A stretch of 64,000 bases of DNA from Lingula anatina (taxonomy: Eukaryota > Animalia > Brachiopoda): positions 13,950,001 to 14,014,000 of the forward strand of contig CM120645.1 in assembly GCA_051362555.1 (NCBI GenBank). The letters are read 5' to 3'. Under the pieces are notes generated by a model. It was not told where the DNA came from. It searched no databases and saw only the letters and a program-made list of their open reading frames with translations. Made by a program: the position numbers and the translations under genes. Below are positions 53,445 through 64,000 of this stretch, piece after piece. Position 1 is the first letter of the stretch. Every line of letters starts with the position of its first letter.

Positions 53445-56031
53445 CTACAGGTCCTCAGATCTCTTTATCTTCATCACAGCCCAGCGCAACAATTTCTCGG
53501 CAGACCCGCGAACTCCAAACGGAATCCCCGCATGTCTAGCCGCTTTCCAACAGGTCGGAACACATTCTGTTGCCAGGATTGAAGTGAATGAAATGTCGCC
53601 GCACTTGTGAAACCACCAACCGCCCCCATTTACAGCAGCACAGTTGCCTGTCAATTTGTTGTCATTTTTCTGGTCATGTGTTGAGAATTGCACGTTGACG
53701 TTCTTTTCCCAGGGGTCAACTGTGCTGTTTGTAGATAAGTTTCCAACACCATTTAGTTTCAGCTTTAAAGTGTATTTCTCGTCTTCGGTTCCAATGAGGA
53801 AGTTTGCATGGATATCCCAGAAATAAGAGTCAGTCAGCGCGTCTCTGACCTCTGTCTTTAAGGAGTAGTTTCCCTGGTTGGTGAGATGATGAAATGCCTC
53901 CAATCCCAGCCAGTGGTCGCCAGCAACCTCGCCGAACCCATTACGGTATTCTACCCAAGACCTAAGTTAAAAATAAAGAAGACAATCATTAATTCCATAC
54001 TTTGAATAGGATTTTACATATTTCTCTTTATCCAAGACCTTCGTCAAAGACATTTCAGTCAGTAATTGTATTATTTAAAATATTACCCCTCTCTCAAAAT
54101 TCATCCAGGATCTTTACACTTTGTCTTTGTTTTATGTAGTTATAAGCTGAGACTATTTCACATTAAAAGACAAAGAAGAAAGGACATAAAATTAAAACGA
54201 CCGTTGCTTCACTTTGATCGTCTACTGCTAATAAAACCAGGTTAAAGGCTTTGGTTATTCCGACTTACTGTTGAGCAAGTTGTTGTTTGTTTGTTTAATA
54301 CCTGTTAAAGTTTAACTCGGGCCCTGTTCTGCGCATTAGAACCGTCCACCCCTCCTCACAGGAAACACGAAGTTGTCTGTTCATGGAACTGATATAAATG
54401 TTATGTACGCCATCTATTCCAACTGAAAAGATATTCAGGGAATTTTGATATTTGAGATAATTTTGTTTGTCACAAATGTGCAAAAAGTGTTATCAATTAA
54501 TTACCCTAAGTCTGGTCTGATAAACAAGGATCAATTTCATGGGAGGGAATAAATCAAAAGAGACGATTAGCAATACACTGTAAACATCTTTTTCAACTTT
54601 TCTATAATTAACATTTAACAAATGGTCTTAGAGAACATACTCATAAATTAGTATGATTGTTTGTGAATGAAAGCACGACATGAGTTATTGTCTTGTCATG
54701 GCAAATTATTGTTACCAGCATCTCAAAACAGAGCAACACCGACGGTTGTCAAAAGGTGCATGCAAGTCGCTTGGTTAGGATACATTTTCTTGTTTAATTT
54801 CCATCGAAAGAGCATTTTGACAGCTGACATAATATATACGGAAATGTTAGAACTTTGATGATGGGTTTTTTGGTTTTAGGTTGTAAAAATATAGTATCAA
54901 AATAATGGTAAATAAAGCATCAGTTAGATCGAAATATAAGGTAAATAACTTAATTGTCTGTATCTTTAGCAAGCACATCAAAATATATTTCCCTTGCTAA
55001 AATGAAAAATGTGAAAATCACAAGAATATGTAAACGACTACTAAGACCCATCTTTCCAAAATGATAATATTAAATGGATAAGCAATGGTGTGAGACTTAG
55101 GCAGCGCGAGCCATGCAGTTACTTATAGTAACTTATAGTAACTGGCTCGCGCTGCCAGTAATAACGCCGCGGGATATTCAGGGCACAGACCGTGATCATA
55201 AGACTTACCGCGAATAGAAAATAGAATTTAGAAAATAGACATTGCATGTGAATGAAGCCTTACACGTTTTTATAAATCAATTATAAACAAAACTTACTGT
55301 AATCAGCGCAGTCACGTGGAACCTAAAATAAAATATGAACGTTATGAAGACAGGCACTATTTGCGGTTTCTTTCTGAAGGTCATGTGGGAGAAACGGCAC
55401 GGCGACCTTATGCAATGTAGACATATTCGGCGTAGCTCGTAGTCCTTTACGCTGTCAAAAAAAATTGTATAGAAAATCCTACACGATTTCATCGCACGGC
55501 ACCCATGGCAAATGTAGTCTAGGCCTAAGTCTATCGAGAGAGTGATATCATGCCGTAGACTATGATTAGATCGTATTCATAGATCAATGGCCCTCTAATC
55601 CAAAGTAATATCTGTCATGTAACGGTTGGCCCACTCATGATATCTAACTAACGATTTTTTAATTGAGGCCTAGACAAAAACCACACACTAGTATATAATT
55701 ACCTTCATGTAGTGGTGGCTTGCTTCATCATCAAGAAGGTTCAACTTGGCTGGGGTGAAATCTGCCGCAGAATTCAGTTCACACACGGCGTTGTCAGATC
55801 TTATGTTGACATACAGTGTGTGTTTTTCTGGCATTCCATAGCACATTGTATTTTACTTATTCCATTTCGTTGTTCTTTGGTTTTGAAAGCCTTATTTGGT
55901 AAATATTTTCCAGGTATTTTGTGGAAATAATCAACGACGGTGGCACCTTTTCTTGCCTCTGAATCACGTAAAGCAATAACCATAATACAAATTACTAAAC
56001 AAATCAGGGGCCTCACACGCGATACTGCCAT
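53445..56031 (-). pseudogene. PAN/Apple + FReD gene, copy 2, frameshifted in exon 1
   Basis: Exons 56031-55703, 55322-55298, 54422-54302 and 53961-53445 are colinear with copy 1. A 4-bp deletion near 55808 turns CVSFNIRS into CMST*. Confidence 0.88.
55100..55259. mobile_element. Internally deleted copy of the 4805-5062 MITE
   Basis: Right arm near-identical to 4930-5062; flanked by TTA (55097-55099, 55260-55262); absent from the paralogous intron at ~20811. Confidence 0.9.
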
Positions 56032-59000
56032 GACGAGGCACACCCGAAAAATGACAAGACGTCGAAAAATATCTTAAAATATACAAGTCTCACTTTATTA
56101 ATTATGTATTAGAAAGAGTTAAAATTTATAATGATTGATAATTTTATGTGAGTTGCACATTTGTCATTTTTTAATTACGTAAAGTATTACATGGATGGTA
56201 AATGGCTGTAAAAGGATGACTCGAGGATGGTGAATGTATGGTTGACGATATATGTTAATTTAAAACGACATGGCAAATTAACCAAATAAGCAGGGAAAAT
56301 TAAATTTTTCCCACACCTGAAATCACTGACAAAATGAAATATTACTTTGTATTATTCAGCACATTAGATGATTAAATAACATCTTCTTTGAGTGATTTAT
56401 ATATTATGTTAAATTTGAAGCTTAAAAAGAATCCAATTGTCATCTTACAACTTTTTATTACCTTGACTATGTTGAGGGCCATTTATATTTATTTTGGCAG
56501 TAGATATGATAAAGCAAAATATCCACACTCTTGGGATACGAACACGCGTACGAACGTTGCCTGTTGGACATGAAACCGACCGTATTTCACTGTTCAAGTA
56601 AATCAATGACCTATTGTTGCTTTAATCAGACGCATTAGCCAGTATCGGCAACCGTAACGAACGCATTCACATCATGGTCTTCTAAATCAATGTCAGTGGC
56701 GTAAGACTCGGTTGGATTAATTGCTTTCCACTTATAGCCTATTAGTCTAACCATTTTTTTTTACATATATTGTTTCAGGCATGGTTGCATTTCCACTCAC
56801 CTGGACCGGACCGGACATTTTGATCAATTTACGTCTCCAGATGACAGTCAGATAGATATAACCTAGTGTGCGCTTTAAATTCATAACATTCATGTAGGGG
56901 CCCTTTTTAAGTGTGCGCACATGTGACTGCAAGTGCTCGCGCGCGTTCACTCTGTTTTTTTTTTTTTTTTTTTTTTTTCTTTTTTTCGCTCATAGTAAAC
57001 TTCTGGTCTGCTACAGGCCTATTGTGAACAAGTCTCTTAGCTTTATATCATAACCTTAAATACCATGACAAAATGCTGAGCACCAACAGTTTGTACTCCA
57101 ATTTGCACTGAGAAGGATCGATCCACCTGTGTTTAGTGTGAACGTATCCCTGCATTGTGGTGTAGCTGAGTGCTATAATGTGATTATATTCGATTATTGT
57201 TGGCTGCGTAATTCCATTGAGAGATATAGTTTTCCCTGTGGAAAACTTACACGATTCATTTCGACACAATTACCATAATATTATGTTTCAATACTAGTAT
57301 ATTCAATTGTTACCGCTGCTCGTACGAGCTCAATTCATGTGACATCATCTGGTGCAAGATCGATAACAAATACTTCGATCGGTTATTATATGTTTGGCTT
57401 TAGTAGATTGCGAGTGGCAACAAGACATTTCTCTGTGCATGCGATATGACGAAAATTGCGTGTATTAGAGGTCCAACACTGAATATATTCAGAGACTGGA
57501 ATAGCATTGGATAGCTATTCCTTAAAAGATTAATCGTTTTGTTGTGCATGAGAATACCTGGAAACGGGTGGGCGCTTTGTTCTCATACAGATCAGCAAAT
57601 GTGGAAATGAAGGTAAGTGATATATTCAGGTTTCAATGTCAGTGTGAGATAAGTGCATCAAAATGGGGCGACCGAGTTACAAGTGCACACGAACTTATCG
57701 TAGAAATTGAGTTTATATACATGAGTTTATATACATGTACGTGTATCAGTCTAGACAGGCTAGGATCAAGAGGAGAATCACGAATTACCAAATTTACCAG
57801 TCTTAGCTGTGGAATAATATCGATACCAAACCTGCTGTTGCTATGATTTGGGATATCTATTTTCTGTCCGCAGTGTGACCACCGCCTAAAATGAACCTGC
57901 AATTGCAATTAGTTCATGGATATATTAATATAGTTAACAAGGTGTTTAAGATGTACTTGTTTTTTTGTTTGTTTTTTTTTAATGAACATTTTGAATTTTT
58001 TTCCCTTTGGGTATAGTGGTGTAATATGTATGTATTTATCTTGCTTGCTGTTGCTCTTGCACTTGATATGATATTGTTGTGATATGAAAAATGTTCTGAA
58101 ACAGATTTATTGAAAAAAGTTTTTAGATTTCTCCTTTATTTCACCATCTTTGTGGTTTTGATCTCAAGAGAGAGACACGTTTAGACAAATACATAATTTC
58201 TTAAATTTAGGAGAGTACCTATTCATGTTCCACTGGTATTTGTTCTAAAACCAGGGATTTTCATCCAGGGATAACCAGTTTACCTAAATGTACTTCATTT
58301 GTTATTCCATCAAAAACGTTAATCTATATTTTTCACTGTAAATTTGCGCAATCTCAGCAGTTAATCAATATTAGAAAAACAGGAATAAAACTAAAAGGAA
58401 CAAGCCATCGACACAGGGATAATTTAAGGTTTTGCCATTTGATCCGAACTATAAACCGCCAAGCATACATTATTTATAAATACAACACCCAAAGAGAAAA
58501 GAAAATTGATTAGATTTCATTATTTTCATTGACGCGGTGTGGTACAAAATACAATTATTGTGAACATGATTTCATTCATAGTGAGTGTGCTTTTTCTTCT
58601 TCTCCAATAATTCTGCAATTTCTAAAAGGGATTAATTCAATTAAGTCCCATGTTCCCTTTGTTATAGGCGAATTTAATAAACAGCGAAGTAGTTTTGGAG
58701 GACACTCGATGTTCTTTTGTGTTCAAAATTTCCCTTTCTTCAGTTTTCAACGAAGATATTTTCGATTCCTCGTGCATCGACTAACAAATCAACAGTACGT
58801 TTCGTTCTATTAAACACTAGTACTCGTTTTGCCATTGAACAATTCACACTCAATATTACGGTATACTTAAGTGTTTAATAAGAGAAACCTCCGACTCCAC
58901 TATCCAGTTAACCTCACCTGCATAATTCATTCCTATATTTGATTAATTTCAGATCCTCTTATGAACCACAAGAAGGTGCTCAAACGCCGTTGAGAGATCG

Positions 59001-59062
59001 GTCAAGGACTGACTGGAGGGATTTTACAAAGTTCACCTTCGTGGCAACAATTGTGCGCCACG

Positions 59063-60172
59063 ATGCCACCGCGTCTCATAAGAGACGCCGAAACCGGCTG
59101 GTACGGCTGGGAAAGTCGGTTTAATTACGTGCTGCGTATGAGTAACAACGTCATGTTCAACACCAATAAAAAGTTAGACCGCGAAAAGCACCGCCATGTT
59201 AGATTTGTGAAGGAAATTAAGGACGAGAGGCGTGACTATGATCAGAAGTCCAGAGATGAATTGAATCGTTTGCGATGCGAACTGCTAGAAATGAAGGCGT
59301 ACAAGGCTGTGTATCGAAAACACAGTTTAAGAAATTATTACAGGAGTGGCAATGGAAAAGCACATAGAGAAAGCAACGAAAACAATGGAAAGACAACAGA
59401 AACTGTCGAAAAACGCAACAGCGCAGAACCGAAAATCGACCTTGTCGATGACGACAAGGAAAATACAGAGGTGACATCATCAAAAGTTGTCGAAGACGAA
59501 GTCACTGTTCAAGATGAAAATGCAGATAAAAGACTAAACACTCAGAATCACCACGTAACTGTTGCCTTATCACTGCCGAACACGAGGGGTTTTCAAAGTA
59601 TTTCGCTTCGGTCAAAACTGGCCGAAGAGGCTCGTCAAAATGTGGTCATCAGAAAGCTGCAGATGCTTCAAAAAACGGACCCCTTTGGTTTAAAAAGCAT
59701 CCTGAACCCAGAAGACCCTAGTCCGCTGCCTACGTACTCGTCCACGCCTCGATCTTCCATGCTTTCGTTCAACCAAATGGGCAACATGGGGTTAGCGATG
59801 GAAAAGATGACCACGCGGGCAGCGGAGAGAAAAAGGCTGGAGCAGCAACAGGCTCAGGAGGTCCGTCAGCGCGTCTTCCCGGCGGACTGCAAGAACAGGT
59901 TCACCCTAGCTCGATTCATCGAGAAAAAGAAGAGCGAACTGTACCAAAAGTGGTCAGAACCTGAGCGCAAGAAGCAAAGTAAAGATAAACTCATCGAGAA
60001 GAGCCAGTTTCCTGAAGTCGTGGAGAGAACGAAAACTACCTCAGCCATTTTTAGAGATTATAAAAGTTATAGATCACTAAAAGGAAAGTTGTTTTTAAAG
60101 AAAAATGATATCAGTTTACCAGACATCACTTTATCTGATTCCCCTGACGGTGCGAATGACTTACACATCTAA
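59063..60172 (+). CDS. Uncharacterised protein (~369 aa) with N-terminal coiled coil and charged, low-complexity C-terminus
   Basis: Long ORF with coding-like composition, ATG at 59063, splice acceptor at ~58952 and a candidate upstream donor at ~57612. Confidence 0.8.
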   Translation: MPPRLIRDAETGWYGWESRFNYVLRMSNNVMFNTNKKLDREKHRHVRFVKEIKDERRDYDQKSRDELNRLRCELLEMKAYKAVYRKHSLRNYYRSGNGKAHRESNENNGKTTETVEKRNSAEPKIDLVDDDKENTEVTSSKVVEDEVTVQDENADKRLNTQNHHVTVALSLPNTRGFQSISLRSKLAEEARQNVVIRKLQMLQKTDPFGLKSILNPEDPSPLPTYSSTPRSSMLSFNQMGNMGLAMEKMTTRAAERKRLEQQQAQEVRQRVFPADCKNRFTLARFIEKKKSELYQKWSEPERKKQSKDKLIEKSQFPEVVERTKTTSAIFRDYKSYRSLKGKLFLKKNDISLPDITLSDSPDGANDLHI

Positions 60173-61050
60173 CCTGACTCGTGACGCGGTGCCGTAAAGA
60201 ACGCTCGCGGTGATGTTGCAGCAGAAAGAGCGTAAATAGGAAGTTTTCTTTGTTTATTTATTTATCTTCTATATTTTGTCTGTTTCTTATCAAAGATGGT
60301 AAGCTGTTTACCTTACAGCAATAACTCATCCTATGCCATAGATACAATATTTCTTGAATAATGTGCAGTATACGAATATCTAAATTTTACTGAATAAATT
60401 TTCTCTTCAAAAATATTGTTATAACCGGCTTTTTTTTAAAGATGCTATCATTATTCACCTTTGTCACACAACTCACAATTACAAAAATATTTAGTATTTT
60501 TTGCTGGGAAAAGGTCCCTTCTGGGTAAAACTTTATCTAGGTACATGAAGGTCTCATGGTAAAAGGTCCACTTTTTCAGAAAAAGAACCCCCCTTTTGAA
60601 ATTGCTGGCTACGGGCCTGCAGTAATCTACAATTTTCCTAAATAGCCCAAGAAATGGAAATCTTTTACTATCCATGCGTAAAGGAATGTAGACAGTTGTT
60701 TTAAAAGCATTAATGGAAACAGCTTTAATATGATATCCACGTTTCTGATGAATTGACAAAAAAAATCATTATGTTACATTGTGCGAGTATGCGGTGCCTT
60801 TTTGATCATTTTCGAAAACTCCGATCATCCCGGCACAGCCGATGGCAAAAAAAGGTATCATCCCATCCACTGTATTGTCTTAACGGACGTTTGGCAGGAT
60901 TTTAATCGAATTTTAAAAAATTCGACGAGATAGCAGGGAAGTCCTACAGCCAGAGGTGAAATATGACCACCCAACTCTGCCTAGCTAGATGATCAGTAGG
61001 GGTTGGTGAGGAAAGTTTATGTAGGGTCAGCGTCATCAATACATGTAGAG

Positions 61051-61335
61051 CTAGAAAAGCACTCAGAGAGTGCAGACCTCCTCCAAGGCAGCAAAGTCTC
61101 CATCCAATGCCGTTTCACCCCTTAATTTTCGATATTTTTGATTATTGATTAATTATTGATCCGGATCACCACCAAAAACTAATCATTTGTTCCTTGGCCC
61201 ACTTCTGACAGTTCCTGAAAATTTCATCAAAATTGGTCCATAACTTTTTGAGTTATGTTGATGACAGACAGACAGACAGAAAGACCGCCAGACAAACAAA
61301 CAGGGGTGAAAACATAATCTCCTTGGCGGAGGTAA
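61051..61335 (+). mobile_element. Helentron-associated (HINE/DINE-like) non-autonomous element
   Basis: CTAGAAAAGCACTC..ACCTCCTCCAAGG subterminal repeat, core, (GACA)n tract and inverted CCTTGGCGGAGGT at the 3' end. Confidence 0.75.
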
Positions 61336-61745
61336 TAAATCGTATTGGGCCAAGTGAGACTTAAATGAGCTAGGTCTGTTTTCTTGGTCACATTTCAAGT
61401 CATCACAGAAATTTATAGCAAAACTACGCTGAAAAGTACCTTTTAACATTCAGTGAACTTCTACATGTATAAGCAAACCTGTTGATTCCACTGTGAGAAT
61501 CGCGCACGTAAAAACGAATTGCGTAGGTAAAAGAATAACTAGCACATCTACCGCAATACCGGGAGCCTTGAGCGAGGAGTAGGGCCTACTTGAGAGTTCA
61601 ACCCCCTTGAGAATACGTGCAAAAAATAATTAAGTTCGCATTGTATCATGTCGCACACTAATGATCATGGTATCTTACTAATTATCAGATTCAGTTGCTT
61701 TAAGCCTTGACACTATAAGGGTGAATAGCCTCCCCCGTCTCGGAG

Positions 61746-61793
<48 letters not shown>

Positions 61794-62040
61794 ACTGATT
61801 ACAATGAATCTGCGAAATCATAAAATACCTGAGGTTTGCTTCAGTATTTTCTTGTTATAACACAGTTGTATTTCTTTTTTTTTTTTTTTTTTTTGCAATC
61901 TGCCACTCTATTAAAAAACAGTTCTGCATCCCAGTATCTTTCATTCACCCTTTTCGAGACTACATGATGACATATATTAAGATACTTTGGATGACACAAA
62001 TATATAACAATAAGAATAGAGGTGCAGTTGTTTATATAAC

Positions 62041-62205
62041 CAGGGGCGGATCCAATAAATATTTTCTGCCAGCCTTTCAAATTTTTTTTGTTGACCCATC
62101 CTCCATTTTTGACCGTCTTCCGACAACGGGTATTTACCGTCAATGTAAACTTGGAAATCTGACCGTCTTCCGGAAGACCTAGAAGACGGCCTCAATCCGC
62201 CGCTG
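62041..62205. mobile_element. hAT-like MITE
   Basis: CAGGGGCGGAT ... ATCCGCCGCTG with ATAAC on both flanks. Confidence 0.75.
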
Positions 62206-62304
62206 ATAACCACAAACTAGAAAATACAATGGCATGAGGATTAAGTTGTATCGTTAGTGATAGGATATATGTAAGCTTGTTCATCACCCATGACAAACAG
62301 TTGA

Positions 62305-62377
62305 TCCTCGATAGTATAGTGGTGAGTATCCCCGTCCTGTCACGCGGGTGACCGGGGTTCAATTCCCCGTCGGGGAG
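62305..62377 (+). tRNA. tRNA-Asp: tRNA-Asp(GUC) with a 1-nt insertion in the anticodon stem
   Basis: TCCTCGATAGTATAGTGGTGAGTATCCCCG(T)CCTGTCACGCGGGTGACCGGGGTTCAATTCCCCGTCGGGGAG closely matches the metazoan tRNA-Asp; T-run terminator at ~62388. Confidence 0.9.
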
Positions 62378-62398
62378 GTGGTAGTGATTTTTGCGTAA

Positions 62399-62922
62399 TT
62401 TCCTCCGCCAAGGAGGTTATGTTGTCACCCGTGTTTGTCTGTTTGTTTGTCTGTCACCAACATAACTCAAAAAGTTATGGACCGATTTTGATGAAATTTT
62501 CAGGAACTGTCAGAAGTGGGCCAAGGAAGAGATGATCAGTTTTTGGTGTTGATCCGGATCAATAATCAATCAATAATCAATGATCAAAAATCAATCATCT
62601 ACATAACTCCAAAAGTTATGGACCGATTTTGATGAAATTTTCAGGAACTGTCAGAAGTGGGCCAAGGAACAGATGACCAGTTTTTGGTGGTGATCCGGAT
62701 CAATAATCAATCAATAATCAAAAATCAATCATCAACATAACTCCAAAAGTTATGGACCGATTTTGGATGAAATTTTCAGGGTAGCTCAGAAATGGGTTAA
62801 CTTAGAAGTGATTAGTTTTTGGTGGTGATCTGGATCAATAATCAATCAATAATCAATAATAATATCAAAAACTGCTGCCTTGGCGGAGGTCTGCGCTCTC
62901 GGAGTGCTTTTCTACATGTAGT
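62399..62922 (-). mobile_element. Second HINE/DINE-like copy with a triplicated core
   Basis: Reverse complement of 61051-61335; the CATAACTC.AAAAGTTATGGACCGATTTTG unit occurs three times. Confidence 0.8.
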
Positions 62923-63190
62923 TTTTATTGCTGTGATGAGTTTTTGTAAATGTCCACGTATTGGTTTCCGTAAATTCACAATAGCCAGAATAGCACAAAA
63001 GCCAAGGAAGTTTTTTTTTTTTTTTTTTTTTTTTTGACTGATCCCGTTAAAAAATCAAGATGTTAAAGCGAGCACGTGTTTAAAAAAAGAAAAATTAATT
63101 ATTTAATTGCATTTATTTTACCATTGATCAATATTAAAAAAAACAAAAACATTCATGTTTTTTATTTTATTATTTTTTATTTGTCTCATT

Positions 63191-64000
63191 CTACCAATCT
63201 TCTTCTGTATAGAATTCCTTCCAGAAAAACTCCGTCTCAGATTTCACTTTCTGGACGTGTTTGAGGGAGAGGACCGTCCTCCACCTGTCTATCTGAGCTA
63301 GAGCGTTTAGCTTAATCTGGTGATAAGATTTTGTTTTGTCTTTATTTTTATCAGAGGTTATATACTTCACTCTTTCCTCTATCTGCGTCGTGTAATTAAA
63401 ACCTACAAAATCGTATATATCCTTCGACGCCTTATTGGGATTTCTGCAAAAGTCTTCGTGTCTCTGAAACATCCACTGATCAGGCTTCGTGTCGGCAAAC
63501 CTTTTGTACAAATCCAGAAGAATACGAAGTTGGAATACTCGAGCCTCTAAGAAACTATCGATTTTCTCATCCGTGCAGGCGTTTCGTTTGAAGTTTTGAC
63601 TTCTAGCGCAGTCACTGGCTATCAGGCTCGCTGGATGACGGATTTTTACGACGACCAACATATTGAATTCGTCAGCAAGCAAGTCGGAATATTTCAACGC
63701 CAAGGGGTCCTTGATCACCACCCTAAGTGTGCTGTCCCCTGTTTTACACTTCGAGAAAAGATCCTGAAAGTATTCCACCCAGGGCGCTGGCTTGATTTTG
63801 GTTATGATATCTAACTTTCGTTCAGCCTCTGGTTTCTGCATCTGTCCCGGACAGTAATTCTTGGTGTCGGTGCTCATGGGTTCATGGTAATATTTCGTGT
63901 GTTTCGCAAATCCGACGATCTCTCCCGTGACTGTAGTGCCACCTCGCGGACAGCCAGTTATAAGAACGTCGGCCTTGCTTTTTTCGACGTGCGATTCCAA
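63191..64000 (-). CDS. PAPS-dependent sulfotransferase (5' end outside the window)
   Basis: 5'-PSB motif ITGCPRGGTT, 3'-PB motif IRHPASLIAS and RHEDFC..P; uninterrupted 269 codons. Confidence 0.88.
   Translation of the reverse strand: MESHVEKSKADVLITGCPRGGTTVTGEIVGFAKHTKYYHEPMSTDTKNYCPGQMQKPEAERKLDIITKIKPAPWVEYFQDLFSKCKTGDSTLRVVIKDPLALKYSDLLADEFNMLVVVKIRHPASLIASDCARSQNFKRNACTDEKIDSFLEARVFQLRILLDLYKRFADTKPDQWMFQRHEDFCRNPNKASKDIYDFVGFNYTTQIEERVKYITSDKNKDKTKSYHQIKLNALAQIDRWRTVLSLKHVQKVKSETEFFWKEFYTEEDW

Noticed and set aside
62460-62860. ~125-bp repeated units as a CRISPR-like array
   Set aside because: Whole units repeat with no unique spacers; they are the tandem core of a HINE-like element.

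Overview
AT-rich eukaryotic (marine invertebrate-like) genomic DNA with spliceosomal introns, microsatellites and many DNA transposons; no prokaryotic operons or CRISPR arrays are visible. Host genes: an intronless class A GPCR (14.9-16.1 kb, +); two copies of a 4-exon secreted PAN/Apple + fibrinogen-related-domain gene (19.3-22.0 kb apparently intact; 53.4-56.0 kb frameshifted; both -); a damaged multi-exon gene ending in a bacterial-PPC-like domain (31.1-34.5 kb, -); an orphan coiled-coil ORF (59.1-60.2 kb, +); a tRNA-Asp(GUC) with a 1-nt stem insertion (62.3 kb); and a sulfotransferase that looks bacterial and runs off the window end (63.2-64.0 kb, -). Mobile elements: a nearly complete intron-containing Crypton (tyrosine recombinase/DUF3504) whose catalytic Tyr codon reads Cys, nested inside two other elements; a decayed AcademH(P)-type element (RecQ helicase plus DUF6589 transposase with a PHD remnant); an intron-containing Ginger1-like integrase; three Tc1/mariner relics, one a fold-back of two 3' ends; a CR1/L2-type RT relic; Harbinger-like, hAT-like and Helentron-associated non-autonomous elements. 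Family assignments come from motif recognition by eye, not database searches. No clearly novel multi-gene system is demonstrable. The best leads are the Crypton and its termini, the two bacterial-like coding regions and the Academ relic.
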